From contig OZ244720.1 of NCBI GenBank assembly GCA_965219085.1, forward strand, positions 1,088,001 through 1,152,000: DNA of 64,000 nt, given 5' to 3'. Of the stretch, positions 11,992 to 20,799 are shown piece after piece; the first letter of the stretch is position 1, and each line of letters starts with the position of its first letter. The notes beneath the pieces were generated by a model. The model made no database searches. It was given only the letters and a program-made list of their open reading frames with translations, and was not told where the DNA came from. Made by a program: the position numbers and the translations under genes. This stretch comes from Dehalococcoidia bacterium. Lineage in GTDB: Bacteria; Chloroflexota; Dehalococcoidia; UBA2979.

Positions 11992-14619
11992 ATGCACGCA
12001 CGCCTGGCCGCAACGGTCGTCATCGCATTGCTGGCCGCGCTGGGCCTCGCCACGGCCACCGCCCAGAGCACGAGCACCGACGCCGAGGTGCGCGTCACCG
12101 CGCAACGCCTGGCGGACGCGCGCATTGAGTTCGCGCTCCAGCAACGCGAGGCCGATGGCGGCTGGAGCGAGCGGATGCTGACGCGGGCGCGATTCTTCCC
12201 GGCGGAATCGGATGTCGGGCGCTGGTTGAACAGCACACCGCTCACGGTGCGCGCGCCAGGCGCCAGCGCCGACAGCGACGGGGTCGAGGTGCGGATCACC
12301 GCGCAGCGCCTCGCCAACGGCCGCACGGAGTTCGCGCTCCAGCAACGCGAGGCCAGCGGTGAGTGGGGCGAACGGCTGCTGCCGAGGGCGCGGTTCTTCC
12401 CGGCATCAACCGCGGTCGGGCGGTGGCTGGTCAGCACGCCGCTGACGGTCAGCCCGCCGATTACCGAGGGATCGATGGCTCAGGGCGGCGCCGACGACGC
12501 CGCGCCCACTCCTGCATGCGGGAGCCGGGAACAGGATGCGCTGGTAGCCCTCTACAACGCGATGGACGGGGCGAACTGGCTCCGCAACACCAACTGGTCG
12601 AGCGAGGAGCCGCTCGGCAATTGGTACGGCGTTACGACCGACAGTGACGGCTGCGTCACTCACCTGGAACTTGCATCGAACCGGTTGAGCGGGGCGATGC
12701 CGGCCGAGTTGGGCAACCTGTCCCGGCTGAGAGTGCTGAACCTCAGCGAGAACAACGGGCTGAGCGGCGCGATACCGCCGGAATTGGGCAGCCTGTCCAA
12801 GCTGGAAACGCTGGATCTCTCCGACCAGACCGGGCAGCCCGACTACAACCACACGTTGACCGGCTCGATACCACCGGAATTGGGCAATCTCGCCAGCCTG
12901 AGAGTCCTGGACCTCTCGTGGCACCGGTTGAGTGGTTCGATACCGACCGAGTTGGGCAACCTCACCAATCTTGAATCGCTCCAACTGCATGGCAACTCGA
13001 CGTTGAGTGGGACGATACCAACCGAGTTGGGGGGCCTTGCGCGCCTGCGGTCGCTCTGGCTCAACCACAACGACCTGAGCGGCGGGATACCCGCGGAGCT
13101 GGGCCAGCTATCGGAGCTCCGACAACTGTTCCTTTCGTCCAACAGCCTGGACGGCGCGATTCCTGAAGAGTTGGGGGAACTGGCGCGGCTGGAGGGCCTC
13201 CATCTCGCCGGCAACGACTTGAGCGGGGCGATCCCCGCTGTGCTGGGGAGCCTTTCCCGGTTGGGGACACTTGATCTCGGCAACAACAATCTGAGCGGGG
13301 CGATCCCCGCTGTGCTGGGGAACCTTTCCCAGTTGGAGACACTCGATCTCAGAGACAACCAGTTGACCGGGGACGTTCCACCCGAGCTGTCAAACCTGTC
13401 CGTGCTGCGCTCCTACTACTTCCACGGGAACACCCTGACCGGCTGTATACCGGCCAGGTTCCGTGCCCTGGAGAGCAGATACGCAATATACCCGTTCGAC
13501 GACCCAAGGCCCGACCTTCCCCCCTTCTGCGAGGAGACGCTCTCGTGCGCAACCGGGGGCGCCGTGCCCGCCGCTGCCAGCAACCCGGGGCTCGTCTCCG
13601 ACTGCGATGTGCTGCTGGCGGCAGTGGACATCTTGGCGGCGGAGGCGACGCTGAATTGGGCTGTGAATAGCCCGATCACCCGCTGGCAGGGAGTCACCCT
13701 CGGGGGAAGGCCGCAGCGTGTCACGCGGCTGATCCTGGGTGGGTTGACCGGCGAGATACCGCCCGAACTGGGTCTCTTGTCGGCAGTGGAAACGCTCGAG
13801 CTCGATGGTGACCTGACCGGCGAGATACCGCCCGAGCTGGGCAACCTGGCCGCGCTGAAGGTGCTGGAGCTCGACTGGAATGCGCTGAGCGGAGACATAC
13901 CGCCCGAGCTGGGCAACCTCACCAACCTGCAAACGCTCACACTGGCCAGTAACCGGCAGTTGAGCGGAGACATACCGCCCGAGCTGGGTAACCTCTCCGA
14001 CCTGAGGACGCTGAACCTCGGGGGGGCTGACCTGGGCGGCCCGATACCGCCCGAGCTGGGTCTCCTATCGCAGCTGACGGAGCTGAACCTCAGCTTCAAC
14101 GAGTTGACCGGGGCGATACCTCCCGAGCTCGGCGGCCTCTCCAGGCTGCAGAGGCTCACGCTGCACGGGAATGGACTGACCGGCGCGATACCGGCTGAAC
14201 TCGGAGAGCTATCCCGGCTGCAACGGCTGGGCCTGGACTCCAACCGCCTGAGCGGCCCGATCCCGGCCGAACTGGGCAGCCTGGCCAATCTGGAGTCGTT
14301 GCTACTCCGTGACAACGGGTTGACCGGCGCGGTACCAGCGTGGATCGGGAGCCTCTCCGGTCTGACGCTGCTGTGGCTCGACAACAACGCGTTGACCGGC
14401 GCAATACCGACGGAGCTCGGCATGTTGTCGAACCTGACGCAGCTGTGGCTCGACGACAACGCGTTGACCGGCGCGATACCGACGGAGCTGGGCATGTTGT
14501 CGAACCTGACGAATTTGCGGCTCTCGGAGAACCAGTTCACCGGCTGCGTACCTGCCGGGTTGGAGGATGTGCGACGCAACGATCTCGATGACCTTGGGCT
14601 CCCGTTCTGCGCCCCGTGA
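11992..14619 (+). CDS. Secreted leucine-rich repeat protein (plant-type 24-aa LRR, two solenoids) with two N-terminal RARFFP domains
   Basis: LxxLxLxxNxLSGxIPxELGxL repeats, two N-caps and two LPFC-type C-caps; ATG at 11992 after GGAG. Confidence 0.92.
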   Translation: MHARLAATVVIALLAALGLATATAQSTSTDAEVRVTAQRLADARIEFALQQREADGGWSERMLTRARFFPAESDVGRWLNSTPLTVRAPGASADSDGVEVRITAQRLANGRTEFALQQREASGEWGERLLPRARFFPASTAVGRWLVSTPLTVSPPITEGSMAQGGADDAAPTPACGSREQDALVALYNAMDGANWLRNTNWSSEEPLGNWYGVTTDSDGCVTHLELASNRLSGAMPAELGNLSRLRVLNLSENNGLSGAIPPELGSLSKLETLDLSDQTGQPDYNHTLTGSIPPELGNLASLRVLDLSWHRLSGSIPTELGNLTNLESLQLHGNSTLSGTIPTELGGLARLRSLWLNHNDLSGGIPAELGQLSELRQLFLSSNSLDGAIPEELGELARLEGLHLAGNDLSGAIPAVLGSLSRLGTLDLGNNNLSGAIPAVLGNLSQLETLDLRDNQLTGDVPPELSNLSVLRSYYFHGNTLTGCIPARFRALESRYAIYPFDDPRPDLPPFCEETLSCATGGAVPAAASNPGLVSDCDVLLAAVDILAAEATLNWAVNSPITRWQGVTLGGRPQRVTRLILGGLTGEIPPELGLLSAVETLELDGDLTGEIPPELGNLAALKVLELDWNALSGDIPPELGNLTNLQTLTLASNRQLSGDIPPELGNLSDLRTLNLGGADLGGPIPPELGLLSQLTELNLSFNELTGAIPPELGGLSRLQRLTLHGNGLTGAIPAELGELSRLQRLGLDSNRLSGPIPAELGSLANLESLLLRDNGLTGAVPAWIGSLSGLTLLWLDNNALTGAIPTELGMLSNLTQLWLDDNALTGAIPTELGMLSNLTNLRLSENQFTGCVPAGLEDVRRNDLDDLGLPFCAP

Positions 14620-14696
14620 GGTGATACTCGGCGCAGGCGGGGCACTCGGTCGCGTGACGCATCGTGGCGCGAAGAGGGCCGCCGGGAGTCGGCGCC

Positions 14697-15188
14697 ATGC
14701 CCGATAACGGCCGGATGACCACCGCCGAGGTGGTCGAGCACTACCGCTCGGGACCCGCGAGCGGTGTCTTCACCGACGGCTCGTGCAGCGGCAACCCCGG
14801 CCCCGGCGGCTGGGGCGTCGTGCGCGTACGCGACAGCAGCGTCGTCGCCGAGCAGCACGGCGACGACCCGGACACGACCAACAACCGCATGGAGTTCGAG
14901 GCGATGATCGCCGGCCTCGCGATGATCGATCCGTCCGAGGCGGAGACCGTCTACTCGGACAGCCGGCTCGTGGTGCAGACGCTCAACGAGTGGGCTGCGG
15001 GGTGGGCGCGGCGCGGCTGGAAGCGCCGCACCGGGCCCGTCAAGAACCTCGACCTGGTGCAGCGCGCCTACGCGCTCGCGCAGGAGCGGCCGTACGTGCG
15101 CATCGAGTGGATCGCGGCGCACGACGGCGCGCGATGGAACGAGTACGCCGACGCCCTCGCGACGGCGTACATGCGCGACGAGGTCTGA
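14697..15188 (+). CDS. rnhA: Ribonuclease HI
   Basis: FTDGSCSGNPGPGGWG, TTNNRME, YSDS, VKNLDL, WIAAH, NEYADALA. Confidence 0.95.
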   Translation: MPDNGRMTTAEVVEHYRSGPASGVFTDGSCSGNPGPGGWGVVRVRDSSVVAEQHGDDPDTTNNRMEFEAMIAGLAMIDPSEAETVYSDSRLVVQTLNEWAAGWARRGWKRRTGPVKNLDLVQRAYALAQERPYVRIEWIAAHDGARWNEYADALATAYMRDEV

Positions 15189-15680
15189 TCGCCGCTATCA
15201 TGGTCGCTGGGCACCGAAAGGGAGCGCGCCGTGACCACCTCAGCCGCAGCCGCCACCTTCGCCGACGCCCGCGAGATGCACGCGGCAGCCCTGGAGCGCC
15301 TCGACGCACGCGACATCCGCGACGCGGCCGAGAAGGCGTGGGGCGCAACCCTGCGCGCCACGAACGCATTGATCCTCACGCGCACCGGCGTGGAGCCGGA
15401 GAAGTCCCCGGCTACGAGCGGCGGGCTGAACGGGTTGGCCTCCCAGGATCCGGCCGTGAGGACGCTGGTGGGCCGCTATTACTCCCGGCAGATACTCCCG
15501 GCAGAGCCAGCTACACGGCGAATGCTTCTACCTGGGCCTGTGCGATCCCGTGCCGGAGACGGAACACCGCATCCGCGAAACCGCCGCGTACATCGACGAC
15601 GCTGAAGCGCTCGCCAACTCCAACCGCTGACCCCATACGCCGACACCCTCGCGACGGCGTACATGCGCGACGAGGTCTGA
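15144..15680 (+). repeat. 45-bp direct repeat of the rnhA 3' end (15144-15188 and 15636-15680)
   Basis: TACGCCGAC(G/A)CCCTCGCGACGGCGTACATGCGCGACGAGGTCTGA, 44/45 identical, flanking the PaREP1-like gene. Confidence 0.95.
15231..15630 (+). pseudogene. PaREP1/HEPN-like gene frameshifted by a 13-bp tandem duplication
   Basis: DIRDAAEKAWGA motif; TACTCCCGGCAGA occurs twice at 15480-15505. Removing one copy restores YYSRQSQLHGECFY...ANSNR* ending at 15630. Confidence 0.8.
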
Positions 15681-15740
15681 ACGCCTCGCCCCGCCGACGC
15701 AAGGTCGGCGGGGTGTGCGCGGTGCGGTCGACGCCCGCGG

Positions 15741-16556
15741 TCAGCGGCCCCGGTATTGGGCCGGGCGCTTCTCGAGGAACGAGTTGACGCCCTCGCGGAA
15801 GTCCTCGGACTTGATCAGGTGGCCGAGCGCCAGCGCCGTGTAGTCCGTGGCGCGCTGCAGGTCGTCGTTGTCGTTGATGTACACGACGCGCTTGCTCGCG
15901 GCGATGCTCAGCGACGGCCCCGAGATGATCTCCTCGGCCAGCTCGAACGCGGTGTCCATGAGCTGGTCGTTCGGCACGATCTTGAGCAGCAGCCCGATCT
16001 CGTAGGCGCGCTGCGCGTCGATCATGCGGCCGGTGAGCATCAGGTCGAGCGCGGCCTGGTGGCCCGCCTGCTGCGTCAGGAAGTGGCCGAGGCCGAAGTC
16101 GGCCATGATCCCGCGCTTGAGCTGCGAGACCTGGAACTGGGCGTCCTCGGCGGCGATGCGCAGGTCGGTGGCGAGCGCGAGCCCCCAGCCCATGCCGACG
16201 CAGTGGCCGTTGATGGCGCTGATGAACGGGACGTCGCAGTCGCGGATGGCGCGCACGGCGTAGCGCTCCGGGTGGCCCGGCCGCCACGGTGGTTGCGGGT
16301 TCGGGTCGTTGCCCGGGATGCGGCGCGCGAGGCCTTCGCGGACGTCGGCGCCGGCGCTGAAGGCGCGGCCTTCGCCGGTGATGATCACGCACTTCGTGTC
16401 GAACTCACCCTCGTTCAGCGACTGTGCGTAGCGTCCGATGCTGTTGGCCATGTCGCCGGTGAACGCGTTGAGGCGTTCGGGACGGTTGAGCTTGAGGACG
16501 GTGATCTCCCCGTGCTCCTCGAAGATGACAGGTTCGGTAACAACTGCGGTGGCCAT
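15741..16556 (-). CDS. Enoyl-CoA hydratase/isomerase family protein
   Basis: LNRPERLNA, ITGEGRAFSAGAD, AINGHCVGMG, DFREGVNSFLEKRPA. Confidence 0.93.
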   Translation of the reverse strand: MATAVVTEPVIFEEHGEITVLKLNRPERLNAFTGDMANSIGRYAQSLNEGEFDTKCVIITGEGRAFSAGADVREGLARRIPGNDPNPQPPWRPGHPERYAVRAIRDCDVPFISAINGHCVGMGWGLALATDLRIAAEDAQFQVSQLKRGIMADFGLGHFLTQQAGHQAALDLMLTGRMIDAQRAYEIGLLLKIVPNDQLMDTAFELAEEIISGPSLSIAASKRVVYINDNDDLQRATDYTALALGHLIKSEDFREGVNSFLEKRPAQYRGR

Positions 16557-16691
16557 GGCCCCCTCCTCGGCGGTCGTTCGATAGCGCCATGCTAGCGCAC
16601 GCGTCGAGCCCGCCGGGCGTCCGTCACCATGTCTGTGGATTTCCCGAGCCGGGCAGGAGGGCGCTCGGACGGTGTCGCGAGGCGGGTGCCG

Positions 16692-16856
16692 CTACATCCA
16701 GAGCCGCATCGCGGCGAGGATGATGGCGAGGCCCGTGAGCTGGACCGCGACCAGGGTGAACTTGAGCCGCTCAATGTCTGCCTTGGTCGCGAGGTGCTCC
16801 ATCGCGCCCTCGATGCGCGCCACCCGCTCGCCGAGCGTCCCGCGCTGTGTCGTCAT
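16692..16856 (-). CDS. Small DUF1640-like coiled-coil + TM protein (array A, copy 3)
   Basis: MTTQRGTLGERVARIEGAMEHLATKADIERLKFTLVAVQLTGLAIILAAMRLWM*, translated manually (below the ORF-track cutoff). Confidence 0.8.
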   Translation of the reverse strand: MTTQRGTLGERVARIEGAMEHLATKADIERLKFTLVAVQLTGLAIILAAMRLWM

Positions 16857-16891
16857 GGCCATGAGGTTCCGTCCCCTGGGTGGCGGTAGCG

Positions 16892-17089
16892 TTACATCCA
16901 GAGCCGCGTGGCGGCGAGGATGATGGCGAGGCCCGTGAGCTGGACCGAGACCAGGGTGAACTTGAGCCGCTGCATCTCCGTCCGCACCTCTGTCCGCAGA
17001 CGCTCGAGGTCGGCCCTGGTCGCGAGGTGGTCAAGCACACCCTCGATGCGCGCAACCCGCTCGCCAAGCGTCCCGGACCGCGTCGTCAT
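16892..17089 (-). CDS. Small DUF1640-like coiled-coil + TM protein (array A, copy 2)
   Basis: LATRADL neck motif and a C-terminal TM nearly identical to its neighbours. Confidence 0.8.
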   Translation of the reverse strand: MTTRSGTLGERVARIEGVLDHLATRADLERLRTEVRTEMQRLKFTLVSVQLTGLAIILAATRLWM

Positions 17090-17123
17090 GGCCGGTTCCC
17101 GCCCCGGTGCGGCCGCTGCGTCG

Positions 17124-17309
17124 CTACATCCAGAGCCGCATGGCGGCGAGGATGATGGCGAGGCCCGTGATCTGGACCGAGATCAGCGTGAACTTGAGAC
17201 GTTGCATCTCCGTCCGCAGACGCTCGAGGTCCGCCTTGGTCGCAAGGTGGTCAAGCACACCCTCGATGCGCGCGACCCGCTCGCCAAGCGTCCCGGACTG
17301 CGCCGTCAT
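17124..17309 (-). CDS. Small DUF1640-like coiled-coil + TM protein (array A, copy 1)
   Basis: MTAQSGTLGERVARIEGVLDHLATKADLERLRTEMQRLKFTL...RLWM. Confidence 0.8.
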   Translation of the reverse strand: MTAQSGTLGERVARIEGVLDHLATKADLERLRTEMQRLKFTLISVQITGLAIILAAMRLWM

Positions 17310-17457
17310 GGCTGGTTCCATTCCGTCGTTGCGGACGTACGGCGTCAGTGTACGCATACGGTCCTTGGATATCCAACAACGATACGGATTGACGTAGCAC
17401 GAGAGGGCGCCGCGGGATTGCAATGCGCGCGCGCCGACGATTGATTGGGCCAGGGGG

Positions 17458-17497
17458 TTGACCTGGCCACCAACGTAAACTAGTTTGCACTGCAAAC
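17458..17497 (+). promoter_or_regulatory. Sigma70-type promoter with an overlapping palindromic operator
   Basis: TTGACC-N17-TAGTTT; the palindrome GTTTGCA-C-TGCAAAC (17483-17497) overlaps the -10, upstream of a membrane protein + wHTH regulator operon. Confidence 0.7.
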
Positions 17498-17523
17498 CTA
17501 GCGGCGAGTCCCGGGGGTGAACC

Positions 17524-18153
17524 GTGGCATCCGATGCAGACCGGCAAGCGCTCACGCCCGAGGAGGGCCTGCTCGCCATTCACGCCACGATGGAGAGCGC
17601 CCGCAGCTCCATGTACCTCGCCGGGACGGCGACGATCCTGCTGCTGTGGGGGGTGATCGTCTCGCTCGGCTACCTCGCCGAATACGCCTTCGACACTGCT
17701 GTTGCCGATTTCGCCGAGGGTCGGCCGTGGCTGAGCGCGCCCCTGTGGGGCGTGCTTGTCGTGGTGGGGATGGTCGGCAGCTCCGTCATCGGGCACCGCG
17801 CGGGCCGCGACCTCGCGACGGGGGAGGCGGTGCGGGGCGCCGGCATCCGCGTCTTCGCGTTCTGGCTCGCGGTCGCGGCAGCGGCGTTCCTCGTGCCGGC
17901 CGCCGCCGGTCTGTGGACCGAGGAGCAAGCCGAGGCGGTACCGCGCGTCGCCATCGGTATTGTGGCGCTGGGGCACATCCTCTTCGGCATCATGCACCGC
18001 CCGGTGATTGCGGCCTTCGGCGTGGGCATCGCCGCGGCGTTCTACGTCCCGAGCTACCTCGCGGGCGACGCCGCGCTGGCGGTGTCGGCTGCGGCGACGC
18101 TGGTCGTCGTCGCGGTGGCCACGGCGTGGATCCGCCGGACCGGGGTGCTGTGA
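17524..18153 (+). CDS. Multi-pass membrane protein
   Basis: About 6 hydrophobic helices; stop overlaps the next start (GTGA). Confidence 0.8.
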   Translation: MASDADRQALTPEEGLLAIHATMESARSSMYLAGTATILLLWGVIVSLGYLAEYAFDTAVADFAEGRPWLSAPLWGVLVVVGMVGSSVIGHRAGRDLATGEAVRGAGIRVFAFWLAVAAAAFLVPAAAGLWTEEQAEAVPRVAIGIVALGHILFGIMHRPVIAAFGVGIAAAFYVPSYLAGDAALAVSAAATLVVVAVATAWIRRTGVL

Positions 18154-18494
18154 CCGACGAGGGCGCGTCGGCTGGCGCGATCGTCCTCAACGAGACGATC
18201 CACCAGCCGACGCGACTGCGCATCATGACGATGCTCGTCTCGGTGCCGGAGACGGATCGGCTCGCCTACGGGTTCATCCAACAGACGCTCGGGCTGACCG
18301 GCGGCAACCTGACCACGCACCTGCGCAAGCTCCACGACGCCGGGTACCTCGACACCACCAAGGAGTTCATCGACGCGAAGCCGCGCACGTGGGTGCAGGC
18401 GACGCCTGCCGGGCGCCAGGCGTTCGCCGACTACCTGTCCAACCTCGAGCAGGCGCTGAACTGGCGCCCGCCCAAACCGCCGGCGGAGGTGTGA
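18150..18494 (+). CDS. Winged-helix transcriptional regulator (HTH_34/ArsR-like)
   Basis: LNETIHQPTRLRIM...LGLTGGNLTTHLRKLHDAGY...KPRTWVQATPAGRQAF. Confidence 0.88.
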   Translation: MTDEGASAGAIVLNETIHQPTRLRIMTMLVSVPETDRLAYGFIQQTLGLTGGNLTTHLRKLHDAGYLDTTKEFIDAKPRTWVQATPAGRQAFADYLSNLEQALNWRPPKPPAEV

Positions 18495-18512
18495 GCCCGG
18501 GCTACGCGCCCG

Positions 18513-19175
18513 TCAGCCCTGCCCGTCGAGGAGCACGCGATCGAGCCACGATGAGAGGTCGCCGGCGCTGGCGGCGTTGACCTCGTGACCCATGGGGTAC
18601 TCGCGGTAGTCGGGGTCAAGGCCCAGCTCTTGCAGGCGGTCGCGCGCTCCGCGGCCTCCCTCGACGCCAGCGGTCGGGTCCTGTGCACCGTGCTGGATGA
18701 GCATCGGGAGCGCGGCGACGGCCTCCGAGGGCGGCTCGTCGCCGAGATCCGCGGGGAAGCCCGTGCTGAGCGCGGCGAGGCCGACCCAGCGCTCCGGGTC
18801 CGCGAAGGCGAGCCGGTACGCCATCCCGCCGCCCTGGCTGAAGCCGAGCAGCGCGACGCGGTCGCGCCGCACCGGGTACGCCTCGAGCGCGTAGTCGAGG
18901 AACTCGTCGATGAGGCCCATTGCCCGCTCGATGGCGGCGGGATCGGTGTTGCCGCCGGGGCCGGCGAAGTCGTACCAGCTGAAGCCGAAGTAGCCCGGCT
19001 GCACCTGGATCGGCGCCTGCGGGCAGAGCATGAGCATCCGTCCGGAGGCGAGGAACGGCCACAGGCCGAGCAGGTCCTGACCGTGCGCGCCGTAGCCGTG
19101 GAGGGCGACGAGCGTCGGCAGTCCCTCGTCGGGGACGTCACCTTCGGGGTGAGCGATGGCGTGGATGAGGGGCAT
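18513..19175 (-). CDS. Phospholipase/carboxylesterase (alpha/beta hydrolase)
   Basis: LHGYGA, GFSQGG nucleophile elbow, HGAQDP, EYPMGHEV. Confidence 0.92.
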   Translation of the reverse strand: MPLIHAIAHPEGDVPDEGLPTLVALHGYGAHGQDLLGLWPFLASGRMLMLCPQAPIQVQPGYFGFSWYDFAGPGGNTDPAAIERAMGLIDEFLDYALEAYPVRRDRVALLGFSQGGGMAYRLAFADPERWVGLAALSTGFPADLGDEPPSEAVAALPMLIQHGAQDPTAGVEGGRGARDRLQELGLDPDYREYPMGHEVNAASAGDLSSWLDRVLLDGQG

Positions 19176-19315
19176 TGGCTCTCCCGTCCGGCCCGCGGCG
19201 GGCGAGCACCATGCGAGTATACGCATCGCCCCCGGCGCAGCCGGGCTGCCCGCGAGGCGTCGGCGGCTGCTAACATCTCCGCGATAGGCGACAGGCACCA
19301 CGCTGGAGGATGCGT

Positions 19316-19801
19316 ATGGCGGACGAACCGACGACGCTCGTAACCCAGGAGATGATCGACCGCAGGGACGACTGGAGCGAAAAGGTCTACTCGCGGCCGA
19401 TCGAGCTGAACGACATCATCAAGTGGGCGATCGCGGTCTACTGGCCCGACGACCCGCCCCGCATCTACTGGGACGAGGAGTACGCGAAGACGACGAAGTA
19501 CGGCGGCATCATTACCCCGCAGGACTTCAACCCGTTCGCGTGGCCCGTTCCCCGTCCGCCGCGCCAGGAGCTGCCGAAGGACGCGGGCGTGGGCGAGCGC
19601 GTGATGAACGGCGGCCAGACGGACAGCTTCGGCGTGCCGATGCGGCCCGGCGACGTGATCAGCCAGTCCTCGGCGCTCGTAGACTGGAACGAGCGGCAGG
19701 GGCGGTTGGGGCTGACGATCTTCAGCTACACCGATACCCGGTGGGAGAACCAGGACGGCGAGCTCGTGAAGACCCGAACCTCGGTCGGGGTCCGCTACTA
19801 G
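19316..19801 (+). CDS. MaoC/FAS1-like dehydratase, N-terminal-type subunit (copy 1)
   Basis: YWDEEYAKTTKYGGII.P, MNGGQ...PMRPGD, WENQDGELV. Confidence 0.85.
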   Translation: MADEPTTLVTQEMIDRRDDWSEKVYSRPIELNDIIKWAIAVYWPDDPPRIYWDEEYAKTTKYGGIITPQDFNPFAWPVPRPPRQELPKDAGVGERVMNGGQTDSFGVPMRPGDVISQSSALVDWNERQGRLGLTIFSYTDTRWENQDGELVKTRTSVGVRY

Positions 19802-19810
19802 GAGAAGACC

Positions 19811-20245
19811 ATGGCCAACAACGTGTACTTCGAAGACGTGAGCGTGGGAGACGACATCCCCTCGTTCACCCGTCAGACAGACCTGATGCACTGGAACCGC
19901 TACGCGGCCGTCAACGACGAGTTCGTCTACATCCACATGGATGACGAGGCGGGCCGCCAGGCGGCCAACGAGCCGGGCGCCTTCGGGATGGGCAACCTGC
20001 GCTGGGCCTACCTGCTCAACATGCTCCGCGAATGGGCCGGCGACGAGGTCGACGTCCGCGAGCTGGGCGTGCAGTTCCGCGCCATCAACCAGAAGAACGA
20101 CGTGCTCACCTGCGTCGGCACGGTCACGGAGAAGACCGAGGACAACGGGGAGCACCTCGTCCGCCTCGACACGAACGTGATCAACCAGGACGGCGCCGCG
20201 ACGTGCCCCGGGCACGCCATCGTCGCGCTGCCGTCGCGCGGGTAG
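19811..20245 (+). CDS. MaoC family dehydratase (copy 1)
   Basis: YFEDVSVGDDIP...IHMDDEAGR hot-dog fold motifs. Confidence 0.85.
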   Translation: MANNVYFEDVSVGDDIPSFTRQTDLMHWNRYAAVNDEFVYIHMDDEAGRQAANEPGAFGMGNLRWAYLLNMLREWAGDEVDVRELGVQFRAINQKNDVLTCVGTVTEKTEDNGEHLVRLDTNVINQDGAATCPGHAIVALPSRG

Positions 20246-20304
20246 CCAGCCGACGGTCGCAAGCCCGACGCCACAGGCGACGGGGACACATTGGAGGGAG
20301 GCGT

Positions 20305-20790
20305 ATGCCGGACGAACTGACGACACTCGTCACGCAGGACATGATCGACCGCAGGGACGTGTGGAGCGAGAAGGTCTACTCGCGGCCGATCTCGCTGAAT
20401 GACATCATCAAGTGGGGGATCGCCGTCTACTGGCCGGACGATCCGCCCCGCGTCTACTGGGACGAGGAGTACGCGAAGACCACGAAGTACGGCGGCATCA
20501 TCGCGCCGCAGGACTTCAACCCCTTCGCGTGGCCCGTCCCCCGTCCGCCGAGGCAGGAACTGCCGAAGAACGCCGGCGTGGGCCAGCGCGGCATGAACGG
20601 CGGCCAGACGGACAGCTTCGGCGTGCCGATGCGCGCCGGCGACGTGATCAGCACGTCCTCAGCGCTCGTCGATTGGAACGAGCGCGTAGGGCGATTGGGG
20701 CTGACGATCTTCAGCTACACTGAAGTCCGCTGGGAGAACCAGAACGGCGAGATCGTGAAGACCCGCACCTCCGTCGGGGTCCGCTACTAG
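20305..20790 (+). CDS. MaoC/FAS1-like dehydratase, N-terminal-type subunit (copy 2)
   Basis: Close paralog of 19316-19801; ATG at 20305 after GGAGG. Confidence 0.85.
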   Translation: MPDELTTLVTQDMIDRRDVWSEKVYSRPISLNDIIKWGIAVYWPDDPPRVYWDEEYAKTTKYGGIIAPQDFNPFAWPVPRPPRQELPKNAGVGQRGMNGGQTDSFGVPMRAGDVISTSSALVDWNERVGRLGLTIFSYTEVRWENQNGEIVKTRTSVGVRY

Positions 20791-20799
20791 GAGAAGACC

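Noticed and set aside
9809-14619. Diversity-generating retroelement acting on the repeat proteins
   Set aside because: No reverse transcriptase and no template/variable repeat pair differing only at adenines.
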